Positions 30,789 through 40,089 of a stretch of 64,000 nt of DNA are shown one piece after another; position 1 is the first letter of the stretch, and every line of letters begins with the position of its first letter. Source of the DNA: Smithellaceae bacterium. GTDB lineage: Bacteria; Desulfobacterota; Syntrophia; Syntrophales; Smithellaceae. Made by a program: the position numbers and the translations under genes. The notes under the pieces are model-generated. The model had not been told where the DNA came from, ran no database searches, and worked only from the letters and a program-made list of their open reading frames with translations. The stretch lies in contig CAXXVL010000001.1 in assembly GCA_963667845.2 (NCBI GenBank), forward strand, positions 384,001 through 448,000, read 5' to 3'.

Positions 30789-31940
30789 TTATCTATTGAT
30801 TAAATCCATGCTGAAGATTTCCTCATTCTCCTGATTTCTTACCGTCAATTTCGCACTGTTGCCGTTGATGAACACGTCCGCAAAACCATACTGACCGGCC
30901 CTGTACCAGATGCTGGCCGGGGATATGTAATTCCTTCCTTCATCAAGGCTGCCGCCGAAAGAGCCCATGACGGCGTAAGTCACTCCGTTCTTCTGCAGTA
31001 CTTCCGTGTGATGCATATGACCGGATAAAACCAGATCGACCCCGTGTTTTTCGAAAAGCGGACACAGCAATGGTATTAAACGGCTGTTGTCATACCAATC
31101 CCATCCGTCTTTATTCCTTCCCGAGCAATAATAAAACGTGTGGCTCATGACGATGCACCAGTCTTTTCGGGGTATGTCCGCAAGCTGCTTTTGCAGCCAG
31201 GCTGCCTGTTCCTTGGTGTAGGTTTGCGCCACCCATTCAATATCAAGGATGAGAAAATGAATATTGCCAATGTCTATTCTTCGCCACATATTTCCTTCAG
31301 GGTCGGTGAGAGAGTATCGTTTATAGAATTCAGCCCCGCCAAAAATCGTATCGTGATTTCCCGGAATATAGCATGTCGGCATGGCCCTGTTTAAAGATTC
31401 CATGTCCTTAGAGGCTTTGACCCACAAGCTGTAATCAAAGCCGAGGTCAACAAGATCGCCGAGCAAGAAAAACGCATCGTATGGATCGCGCCTGATGTGG
31501 TCGAGCATTTTCAAAGTGAGGTCGGTCCTGCTTTGCGCGTTTCCAATATGCGCGTCACCGGCTGCGGCAAAACGAAAGGTCTTCGGCTGTTGACTGCTTT
31601 TTAAAAAAATGGCAGGGGATACGGCGCCGTGGCGGATATATTTCGGAAGCAAAACATTCGATGCGAAATACAGGGAAACGGCCACGGTCAGAAAAGATAT
31701 GATCAGGGTTATTTTCGATGTCGGGGTTTTCCGAAGTTTGTCTACGATGAATGATGAGGCAGTGAATATAACCAGCGCGAGAAGCGCCAACATTTTGATA
31801 AGGGTATTGGTATATAATGTGATGTCCTCCAGCGCGCCGTGTCCGGAAAACATATAGAGAATCAACAAAACGGGTAAGGCGAGGGCCAAATATACGACAG
31901 CCTGCAATATCTTTGATAGGAAGTTTCCGGAGCTGCTCAT
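30789..31940 (-). CDS. Membrane-anchored calcineurin-like metallophosphoesterase
   Basis: Three N-terminal TM segments; GDAH, GDLVD, GNHD, SH, SGHMH. Confidence 0.88.
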   Translation of the reverse strand: MSSSGNFLSKILQAVVYLALALPVLLILYMFSGHGALEDITLYTNTLIKMLALLALVIFTASSFIVDKLRKTPTSKITLIISFLTVAVSLYFASNVLLPKYIRHGAVSPAIFLKSSQQPKTFRFAAAGDAHIGNAQSRTDLTLKMLDHIRRDPYDAFFLLGDLVDLGFDYSLWVKASKDMESLNRAMPTCYIPGNHDTIFGGAEFYKRYSLTDPEGNMWRRIDIGNIHFLILDIEWVAQTYTKEQAAWLQKQLADIPRKDWCIVMSHTFYYCSGRNKDGWDWYDNSRLIPLLCPLFEKHGVDLVLSGHMHHTEVLQKNGVTYAVMGSFGGSLDEGRNYISPASIWYRAGQYGFADVFINGNSAKLTVRNQENEEIFSMDLINR

Positions 31941-32186
31941 TCTTTATCTCCTGCGACCTGCGGATTATGATTGAATCGCCTCAGCAAGAAAATGAAAGTA
32001 AATCGTGCTGCAAAGAACGCGGGCTTTTTCATCATTATCCCTTTTGGGGGAGCGTTAACGAACGTTGGTGTGATTTTTCTTATCACAAGTCACCGAACAA
32101 CCATAGCGTAAAGCGGCGCGTCGTCAGGCAGGCAGAAGAGAAAACGACCGGCGCATGTTTGATGGCGCAAAGTGCCGGGGGCGGTG

Positions 32187-32367
32187 GCAGTTGAACCGGG
32201 GCATCCCATCGCTCAGCATGCCCTACAACTGTGGCTCTAAGGCTCGCGGAGCGAGAGCCGAAAACTCGCCCTGCGGGCTCAGACAGTTCGGCTCTCTTTT
32301 GCTCCATTTCGCCAAGAGCCACAATATTTCGGGCATATTCGCTCATGGCATGCCCCGGTTCAACTGC
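32187..32367. repeat. 181-bp long imperfect palindrome (MITE/REPIN-like)
   Basis: Terminal IR GCAGTTGAACCGGGGCAT / ATGCCCCGGTTCAACTGC with nested arms TGTGGCTCT/AGAGCCACA and GAGAGCCGAA/TTCGGCTCTC. Confidence 0.85.
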
Positions 32368-32580
32368 TGTTTCTTCTTGCAATGTTTTTGAGAAGTTGTA
32401 TATTGAGCGCCGGATTTCAAAAGAGCAGTAGCTTCACATTTGTCAGTTCAATTATCCTCGAAAGGAAGCGCAGGGTGATTAAATGAGACATCTCAAAACG
32501 GCATCATAAAATAGTTAGCAAATACAAAATACTAATGAGTGGCTGAAAAATGATTTTTCAAGACCCCATTCTTTGACCCT

Positions 32581-35500
32581 ATGGTAAGTGAAAGAAATCC
32601 AATACAAAACCCTGCTTGGCTAAATTCGCCACCAGAACCAACTTTTCCCCTGCCTCCGACAGCTACTCGTGCACAAACATTACCTTATCATGAGCTTTCT
32701 TGGGAAAATTTCGAACGGCTGATTCTTCGAGTTGTTCGACGAGAGGCAACCGTTGCCGAATGTTGGGTCTATGGTGAACGTGGCCAAGAACAATATGGAT
32801 TGGATATCTTAGCCGAATTGCGTAACGCCCCAGGTGAGTTTGCGTGTTACCAATGCAAACAAGTTAAAAAGTTCTCTGCAACTGATATCAAGAATGCCGT
32901 TAATAAATTCCTTCAAGGCAAATGGGCCTGTACGACAAAACGCTTTGTCCTATGTACCTCATTGCAACTTACCAAAACCAACCAGGTTACTGAAATTTCA
33001 AAACAAAGGGATGCGCTCAAAGCGAAAGGAATTGAGTTTGTAACCTGGGACGGCACTGAAGCAGGGCATCTATCTGAGCATCTCAAAAAATACCCTGACT
33101 TGGTAGACGATTTCTTTCTTAGAGAATGGGTTCGTCTCTTCAATGGTTCGGATGCGGCAGATTCCCTCGGTGAAAGGCTTGATGGAGGGAACTTAGCGGA
33201 ACTCCGCGTTCAACTTCGGGATATCTACTCAACATTGTTCCATCGAAACGATCAAGGGATTCGCCTAGGCAACAGTCGGACATTGCCGCTGCTGGATCGA
33301 TACATTTCTCCAGCAGTTATCGAAAGAAAGGAAGTTTTCGCAACTCGTGGGGTACTGGCAGGAAGCATGGCTAGTTCGAAAGACCAATCGTATTCCGAGG
33401 GACGACAGGAAGAAAGTCAAGGTCGATCAACTCTAGTGACGACAATCCAAGAACTGCGAACACCTGTTGGAGATTGGCTTTCTCGGCATAATAGATCAGT
33501 AATTCTGGGCGATCCTGGATATGGGAAAAGCGTATTATTACGTATTGTCGCACTGCAACTGTTGAACGGTTTGGACGATCCATTTTCTTTGCCGTGGCAT
33601 GGTTTTTTACCGGTTTGGATTTCATTTGGTGGGTTTAGCGCAGCGATCCAGCGCCAAAATGGTATCAGCCTTGAAGACTATTTTGACCAATGGTTACATC
33701 AGCATGGTGCTGATCACATTCGCCCATTGTTTCGGAGGGCAGTCATACACGGAGAGATATTGCTTTTGATAGATGGCTTGGATGAAGGCCAAAATTTACA
33801 TGCCGCCCAACAAGCCATGGACCGGCTCAGCACCTTCTTATCAATTCGTCCAATCCCCGCTGTTTTTACTAGCCGACCACGAGGTTATACGCAGGTGCGC
33901 CCCGATAGCGCCTGGCCCTTGGCACGGCTGGCATCATTCGACGAACCACAAATCGAATGCTTCGCTCGTTCTTGGTTCAAACACTTAGAAACTCCAGAAA
34001 CTGCCGCCGAAAAGGGACCTAATTGGGAAGAGTTCAGTACAGAACAACGGAAGGATGAATTTCTGAAAGCCATTCGTTCTAACCCTAGCATAATAGATTT
34101 AGCCCGAACTCCTCTCTTCTGCCAGTTGTTGATAGACGTCTTTCGCTTCTCCCATCATTTACCTGAGCAACGCATCAAGGTCTATGACAAAATCATTGAC
34201 CTGCTTTTGTCGGATCACCCCATGGCGCGCGTTCAGGCTGCCGGAATATTGGATCTTTCCGCATATGCACCAAGGACGGAGGATATGCGCGAAATGTTGA
34301 TTCGTTTGGCACTTCATATTCAATTTGAAGGCGGTGCCGGTGTAATCTCTGCTAAGGATTGCCAAACCGTATTTTATGATTTCCTGACAGATGATATCAA
34401 TGGCCCTGGATATTCACTATATGAAGCACAGCATCGGGCTAAATCCGTTATTGACTATGCACAAACGGGTTTGGGCTTGATAGTGGAGAGAGCTCCTAAC
34501 GAGTTGGGCTTTTTTCACACTACTATGCAGGAATATTTGGCCGCACAAGCTATGGTTCGTAAGGAAGAACAAGAGCAGATAGATTGGCTGGCTGGTGTTT
34601 GGGATCAACCCCGGTGGCATGAAGTTGTTCTCGCCTGGTTCAGCATAATGGGTGCCGTACAAGGGAAAACAACCACACAGCGTGCAATCGACCATCTCAA
34701 GCAGGCTGCGGCAGGTCCTTGGGCAAAACTACAACTCTTACGCTTGCGTGTCGAACTTGCCGCCAGCGATTTTGGTTTGTCGCCACGCGAGGCAAGAGCC
34801 ACTATCGAAGAGGCAGCGAATCAAGTCGAAACCATACCATTCCCTGAAATACGACAAGAGATGGCTCGCTACATTGCTCTCGGTCTTCGTTCATCTTCTG
34901 TCGCCTGTCAATGTGAAGAACGAATTGCTAACTGGGTGCCCGCACGGTCGGAATGGGCAAGGGCCAATCTTTTACAAGTATTTGGTAACTGGCAAATGTC
35001 TAAAGACCTGCTGAGCACCCTCAAGTTGGCTTTACATGACGAAAGCGGACAGTGCCGCTGGGCAGCTGCCGAGACCATAGCAAAGGTATTCGCATCTGAT
35101 GTGACAGTTGGTGAACATTTGGTTACAATAGCAACAAATTGGCCAGATACGGGTGTTCGTGCGGCAGCGCTGCATGGGTTAGGGCTGGGTTGGCCAAAGC
35201 ATGAAGCATTGAATGACTTGACCGACGCCGCCAGCAGCTCAAACGATATGGACTTGGCATTGACCGGTATCTCGCTTCGAGTTGCGAACCACCGGCATGA
35301 TGACCATGACCGCCAGAGGATTTGGTTCATGTTTACCCACGGCAGCGTATCTTATGAGATGCGTGAATTTTGCCGCATGACGTTGATACAGGGGTGGAGT
35401 AAAGATGAAGAATTCAAACAATTAGGAATGGAGGCGCTTCGCAATCGTTGGAGGAACGACATAAGATTTGAGGAACAGCAAATTCTTTTCTTTCTGACTG

Positions 35501-37515
35501 AATCGTGGCCTGGAGATAGCGATGTCGGAAACAGTATTGCGGCCTGGTTTAAGAGTCTTTCCGGAACTTTTCTCATTCATGAGCATAATAAATGGGAAAG
35601 CCTCTTTAAAGGTTTTCGATGTAATAGGGAACTGTCCTATGTTCTCAAAAATGCTTTGGCGGATAGGAAAGCAAAGTATCCCTCAATTTTTTGGGGTCCT
35701 GAGGAGAAATGGGCATACTGTGTGATCGGCGATAATAATGCCAAGTTGGATGTACTCAATGCCTACTCTTCTGTGAATGGCAATATAAACAAGTATTGGA
35801 TCGTATCGACCCTCATGGAAGCATGGCCCGACGATATTGACGTCAGAGAATTACTCAGCCATGAATTTCAGCGATTGCCCGGAGAAGTAGCCTTCCTTGC
35901 AAAATGGATTGATGCTTTCATGCCGGAACCTGAAAAACGCCGTGCATGGCTTCTCGAAGCAGTGAGACAATCTGATCTTCGCTCTTTCAGAAATCCAGTT
36001 AACCGCCTCTTGATGGAATTCCACGATGAGAAATGTCTGGAAACGTTGCTTGCGGTTCTCGAGAAGGACATCTGGTATTATGACAAGATAGAAATTGAAA
36101 ACCAGCTCATTGAGAACTTTCCGCACGTACCGAAGGTTCGCCAATTGGCAGAGTCATCTTTTGTTGAAATAGATGGCCCCGCTTTATCTTCCGTTGCCAG
36201 AGGATATCAACAAGACCCACTTATCCGTAATCGGCTAATGAGAACCGCACGTCCTGCCAAAGCCGACGTGAGAAGAGAAATCTTCAGAGTATTTCGAGAA
36301 TACTCGATCCCCAGAGATAAGGGATTGCAACTGACTGAGGATATATGGGCCGAAGAAAAAGGTGAGATTCGCAGTGCTGGTGTAGTCGCACGTTGCATGA
36401 TGGTATCTCAAAGTCCGGAGCTGAAAGTGTCGTTGGTGACAAAACTGCAAGCGGAAATAAAATCTCTCGGCACTTACTTTGAGATGCGTCGACGTGCAGC
36501 CTTCGCTGGTTTTCTGCAACTGGGCGAATACGCTTATTGCATCGAAGTAATTTCAGAGAAATCACCATCATCTACCTATTGGCTGGCCGATTATCATGAC
36601 ACCGATGCTGTTACAGGTCATATGTTGTTCGAACATTGGGATAAATTATATGAAGCCTTGGGGAAACAAACCATGGCTTTTGATATGCCCTGGGGAGCAC
36701 TTGTTTACAATGGGACAGTGAGAGAAGCTTTATCTATCAGTACGGCCCGTGTTAAATTGATAGATTATTTGAAGACAATGAGACCGGTGGACCAATCGGC
36801 AGAAAGCCTTGCACTCATGGCTGAGTTGCTGCCAAATTCTGGTGAACTTCGCTCCTGCTTGATCGAAACTATCAAAGAAGGGAACCGTGGTAATATCTCC
36901 TATGAGGCTCAGAAGATTCTAGCCGAGCAATTTGGTGGTGACGAGCAAATATTGATGGAGCTTCAAGAGTCTTGGACTAAACATAACTGGCCTTCTACGA
37001 TACATCCACCATTTCTTTATGCATTAATACTTGGCTGGCCGAACAGTCCTTTGCTTCACCCTTATTTAGGGCAGCATGATTTACCAGATGATTTTCCACT
37101 AATTTTTGCAATAGCTTTATGTGGGATCACTGGTAAGGAGAATCATGCCTTAGCCTGCATTGATTCAATGATTCGAATTTCGCTAAGAGACGGTAGAGCG
37201 TTGCCTGATATCTATTTGCAATGTTTGCTCAACTGGACACATTCACCTAACGCAGAAAAACTTTTGCGATGTTTAATTAATGATCAGCACCCGTCGCGCA
37301 AGATCACTGCAATAGGGCTACTTTCTACTATTGGGAAACTTACCAATGAAGACCGTATGATGTTTGTGCGGCAGTTTGATGATTTGTTCGGGGATACTGC
37401 GAAGTCTTGCCCAGACGGATTATCCTTAATAAATTGTGCAGTTATGACGCTACCTCAAGCAATATTCCGCTTTTTAAATCCATCACTAAATAATGATTAT
37501 AGGGGTGACTTCTAA
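32581..37515 (+). CDS. NACHT/STAND NTPase with N-terminal Mrr-like restriction-endonuclease domain and C-terminal helical (HEAT-like) repeats; candidate antiphage protein
   Basis: SWENFERL...QYGLDI...YQCK; Walker A GDPGYGKS; Walker B LLLIDGLDE; TSRPRGY; TPLFCQLL; FFHTTMQEYLAA; CRWAAAETI / VRAAALHGL repeats. Confidence 0.88.
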   Translation: MVSERNPIQNPAWLNSPPEPTFPLPPTATRAQTLPYHELSWENFERLILRVVRREATVAECWVYGERGQEQYGLDILAELRNAPGEFACYQCKQVKKFSATDIKNAVNKFLQGKWACTTKRFVLCTSLQLTKTNQVTEISKQRDALKAKGIEFVTWDGTEAGHLSEHLKKYPDLVDDFFLREWVRLFNGSDAADSLGERLDGGNLAELRVQLRDIYSTLFHRNDQGIRLGNSRTLPLLDRYISPAVIERKEVFATRGVLAGSMASSKDQSYSEGRQEESQGRSTLVTTIQELRTPVGDWLSRHNRSVILGDPGYGKSVLLRIVALQLLNGLDDPFSLPWHGFLPVWISFGGFSAAIQRQNGISLEDYFDQWLHQHGADHIRPLFRRAVIHGEILLLIDGLDEGQNLHAAQQAMDRLSTFLSIRPIPAVFTSRPRGYTQVRPDSAWPLARLASFDEPQIECFARSWFKHLETPETAAEKGPNWEEFSTEQRKDEFLKAIRSNPSIIDLARTPLFCQLLIDVFRFSHHLPEQRIKVYDKIIDLLLSDHPMARVQAAGILDLSAYAPRTEDMREMLIRLALHIQFEGGAGVISAKDCQTVFYDFLTDDINGPGYSLYEAQHRAKSVIDYAQTGLGLIVERAPNELGFFHTTMQEYLAAQAMVRKEEQEQIDWLAGVWDQPRWHEVVLAWFSIMGAVQGKTTTQRAIDHLKQAAAGPWAKLQLLRLRVELAASDFGLSPREARATIEEAANQVETIPFPEIRQEMARYIALGLRSSSVACQCEERIANWVPARSEWARANLLQVFGNWQMSKDLLSTLKLALHDESGQCRWAAAETIAKVFASDVTVGEHLVTIATNWPDTGVRAAALHGLGLGWPKHEALNDLTDAASSSNDMDLALTGISLRVANHRHDDHDRQRIWFMFTHGSVSYEMREFCRMTLIQGWSKDEEFKQLGMEALRNRWRNDIRFEEQQILFFLTESWPGDSDVGNSIAAWFKSLSGTFLIHEHNKWESLFKGFRCNRELSYVLKNALADRKAKYPSIFWGPEEKWAYCVIGDNNAKLDVLNAYSSVNGNINKYWIVSTLMEAWPDDIDVRELLSHEFQRLPGEVAFLAKWIDAFMPEPEKRRAWLLEAVRQSDLRSFRNPVNRLLMEFHDEKCLETLLAVLEKDIWYYDKIEIENQLIENFPHVPKVRQLAESSFVEIDGPALSSVARGYQQDPLIRNRLMRTARPAKADVRREIFRVFREYSIPRDKGLQLTEDIWAEEKGEIRSAGVVARCMMVSQSPELKVSLVTKLQAEIKSLGTYFEMRRRAAFAGFLQLGEYAYCIEVISEKSPSSTYWLADYHDTDAVTGHMLFEHWDKLYEALGKQTMAFDMPWGALVYNGTVREALSISTARVKLIDYLKTMRPVDQSAESLALMAELLPNSGELRSCLIETIKEGNRGNISYEAQKILAEQFGGDEQILMELQESWTKHNWPSTIHPPFLYALILGWPNSPLLHPYLGQHDLPDDFPLIFAIALCGITGKENHALACIDSMIRISLRDGRALPDIYLQCLLNWTHSPNAEKLLRCLINDQHPSRKITAIGLLSTIGKLTNEDRMMFVRQFDDLFGDTAKSCPDGLSLINCAVMTLPQAIFRFLNPSLNNDYRGDF

Positions 37516-37577
37516 TCTATTTTGCCTCTGATGGTTAGAAAAGTGTCTATGAAGCGAGCGGGACGCTCGTAAAGTAA

Positions 37578-37667
37578 TAAGTTTCTAAAAGATAACGTTC
37601 TTCAACACATCACTTACCGAGCATTGGAACAGGATTGGGATCACTTCTTCCAGGCTTTGATGTTCAA
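37578..37667 (-). repeat. ~90-bp direct repeat, copy 1 (3' fragment of an unidentified gene)
   Basis: Aligns with 39996-40084; minus strand reads LEHQSLEEVIPILFQ...DVLKNV. Confidence 0.75.
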
Positions 37668-38179
37668 GGGGGCCATTGGGGGCGTCCCCAATGGCGCACA
37701 TTACGGTATTTTTTCGCATCTTCCATTCGCGTAAATAGCAGCCCTGCCGTCGTGATCGGGATGGCATAGGACGGGCTTCGTGTAACATTGGCAGTTCAAT
37801 ACTGATAATAGGATTATTAAGCTGATGACCGATATCACCGCCATAGAAATTTTCCTTTTCATATTTACCCCTTTCTTTATTCCATCGCTTGACCTGTCTT
37901 AGTTTTATACAGCGCATTAGCCATTTCTCTAGCGAGGGCAGGATGATGTTCCGCTTGATCCCAGGAGTGCAGTACTGTTTAAGACTGAAATTGAATGGTG
38001 ATAGCAGTGCCCGGACTTTTATTAAAATATGGAGAGGATAGTATAATGTCAATTGATAGAATTATACTACAGCATGGCAAGCCTTCATGGGTTTTGTTTT
38101 TAGGTAATCATTGCAGGAAGACGGGGCGACACAACACTTAATTATTTTTTTCACGATGAGGGAACCCGAGGGACGCCCT

Positions 38180-38809
38180 CTATCTCTCGATTATCAGCCG
38201 TCGGAAATTCTCGCGAAGGCTCTCGCCGATTGTTTTATCTTCACCAAGATTATCGAGGGCAAACGCAATTGCTTCGATTGTGGAAAGGCCCCCCTCGCGG
38301 GTTTGCGCGCGGAGCGACGCATGCGCGGGGTTCAGTGAGATGCGGTTTAGTTTCAGGAACCAGGGATTGCGCCACCACAGCGTTTTTGCCTGCTTCCATG
38401 ACCCGTCAAGTGCGATGATCCCTTTCAGAAATCCGGAATCGGTGATGCGCTGTTTCTTCCGGTCCAAAATGGCGACGGGTGGATCCGAGGCATTGCCTTT
38501 GCTGTCAAGAAACAGGATTCCCCATTGTGAAGGCATTGCGGATTCCCCCGCAACCGACTTGAATCCGTTCCAGGAGAGGCCGACACGAACGTCGCTGTTC
38601 TTCAGCATGATGTTGGTGAGCCAGGCGGAATTGAGCTCTTTGTATTGTTCCTGCGGGTGCTGAAGAATGATCACAGAGATTCGGTTCTCGAGAACCGGCG
38701 CCTTTGCGCAGAGGCACTCATCCTGGTCCCGGTGGCATTTCGGACATGCCCGCTGGCGGTCGATTTTCCGGTGCACTCTGGGATCCCGGAATTTGACGGA
38801 TTGGACCAT
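38180..38809 (-). CDS. DTW-domain protein (tRNA-uridine aminocarboxypropyltransferase, TapT/YfiP-like)
   Basis: CxxC...CLC, ILQHPQE, DGSW, LSTIEA. Confidence 0.85.
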   Translation of the reverse strand: MVQSVKFRDPRVHRKIDRQRACPKCHRDQDECLCAKAPVLENRISVIILQHPQEQYKELNSAWLTNIMLKNSDVRVGLSWNGFKSVAGESAMPSQWGILFLDSKGNASDPPVAILDRKKQRITDSGFLKGIIALDGSWKQAKTLWWRNPWFLKLNRISLNPAHASLRAQTREGGLSTIEAIAFALDNLGEDKTIGESLRENFRRLIIER

Positions 38810-39132
38810 GATTTTCCTTTTGACGCTGTTCTTGGGGCAATGGCTTTACGGTGGAATATTTTTTTCAGTGCAGAATCATTTGATAAAAACTTCCTTTTCG
38901 TAGCGTGAAGTATAAGAAACGCGGTCTTGTATGTCAAGGGGGAACCAATGTGGATAAGGGTCTCCCCTCTAGCCTCCTCTAGCCCACTAACCCATTATAC
39001 GGCTGTGTATTGCCAGGATGCAAATGGTGGTTAAATTATGATCGGGATATCGATATGACAACAGAAGATTAAACCATTTCATTTAAGGACGGACTCCTCA
39101 ATCCGGGGTCCGTTTGGAAAAGAGTAAGAGAT

Positions 39133-39969
39133 ATGACTGAAAAAACAAGAAAGCGACGGGATCGGGGGAGATTGTCTTTTCTTGTCCTGCTCACGATCGT
39201 TTTCTCAGCGGTATTGGTACCGATCTTAACTGCAACGGTCGAGGGAAAAACCGTGTGCCCTATACCCCAGAAAGGGAGCATTCCCATGAAGCAGTCCAAA
39301 CAGAATGAGGCGTTGCCCAGCAGGGTTTTGCCGCCGATAGACCTTATCAAACCGGCTGCAACGGAGATAGCCACCTTTGCCATGGGGTGATTCTGGGGTC
39401 CAGACGCCCGGTTCGGGCTTGTCAAAGGAGTTATCCGTACCCAGGTCGGCTATACCGGAGGAACCTCAAAGGATCCAACCTATACCCTGCTGGGAGACCA
39501 CAGTGAATCCATCCGGATCGAATACGATCCGAAAAGAGTTTCCTATGAGACGCTCTTGGAAATCTTCTGGAAAAATCACTCGCCAGGGGAACGATCTTAT
39601 TCACGTCAGTACGCAGCCTTCATCTTCTATCACAACGAAAAACAGAGGAAGGCGGCAATTGACTCCCGCAAGGCGGTGGCAATGACAATCAAGGGGCCCA
39701 TCTACACGGAAATCGTCCCGGCTTCAACGTTCTACCCGGCCGAAGCCTATCATCAGAAGTACGGGTTGCGGTCCGAGAAGGCGCTGATGCAGGAGTTCCG
39801 TTCTTTTTATCCGGAGGACGATCATTTCGTGGCCTCAACGGCAGCAGCAAGGGTAAATGGTTATGTCAGCGGTGACGGCACATCGGCGGAGCTGGAGATG
39901 GAACTCGCCTCTCTTGGTCTTTCGGAGGCGGGACGCCAGAGACTTCGCAGCATTGTAAAATCAAAGTAG
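39133..39969 (+). CDS. msrA: Selenocysteine-containing peptide methionine sulfoxide reductase A (in-frame UGA at 39388-39390)
   Basis: Reading through TGA gives ATFAMG-U-FWGPDARFGLVKGVIRTQVGYTGG...PTY..LGDHSE...FYPAEAYHQKY; U sits at the catalytic Cys of GCFWG; start codon uncertain. Confidence 0.93.
39403..39423 (+). promoter_or_regulatory. Bacterial SECIS-like hairpin
   Basis: GAC-GCCCG-GTT-CGGGC-TT-GTC; G-initiated apical loop about 20 nt after the UGA. Confidence 0.7.
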
Positions 39970-39995
39970 GCGCCGACTGGCCACAAGTAAAATTT

Positions 39996-40084
39996 TAAGT
40001 TTCTAAAATCGACGTTCTTCACGACATCAATTTGCCGGGATTGGAACAGGATTCGGGTCACTTCTTCCAGGTGTTGATGTTCAA
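39996..40084 (-). repeat. ~90-bp direct repeat, copy 2
   Basis: Aligns with 37578-37667; minus strand reads IEHQHLEEVTRILFQSRQIDVVKNVDFRNL. Confidence 0.75.
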
Positions 40085-40089
40085 TGATG

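Noticed and set aside
32500..37540. GTTAGC before and TCTAAT...GTTAGA after the NACHT gene as integron attC cores
   Set aside because: No RYYYAAC/GTTRRRY pair with L boxes at attC length, and no integron integrase in the window.
37585..38052. 155-aa minus-strand ORF
   Set aside because: Looks like a chance fusion of debris; only the last ~30 codons are supported, by the repeat at 39996-40084.
39377..39685. 102-aa ORF overlapping msrA
   Set aside because: Alternative frame; the MsrA motifs lie in the UGA read-through frame.
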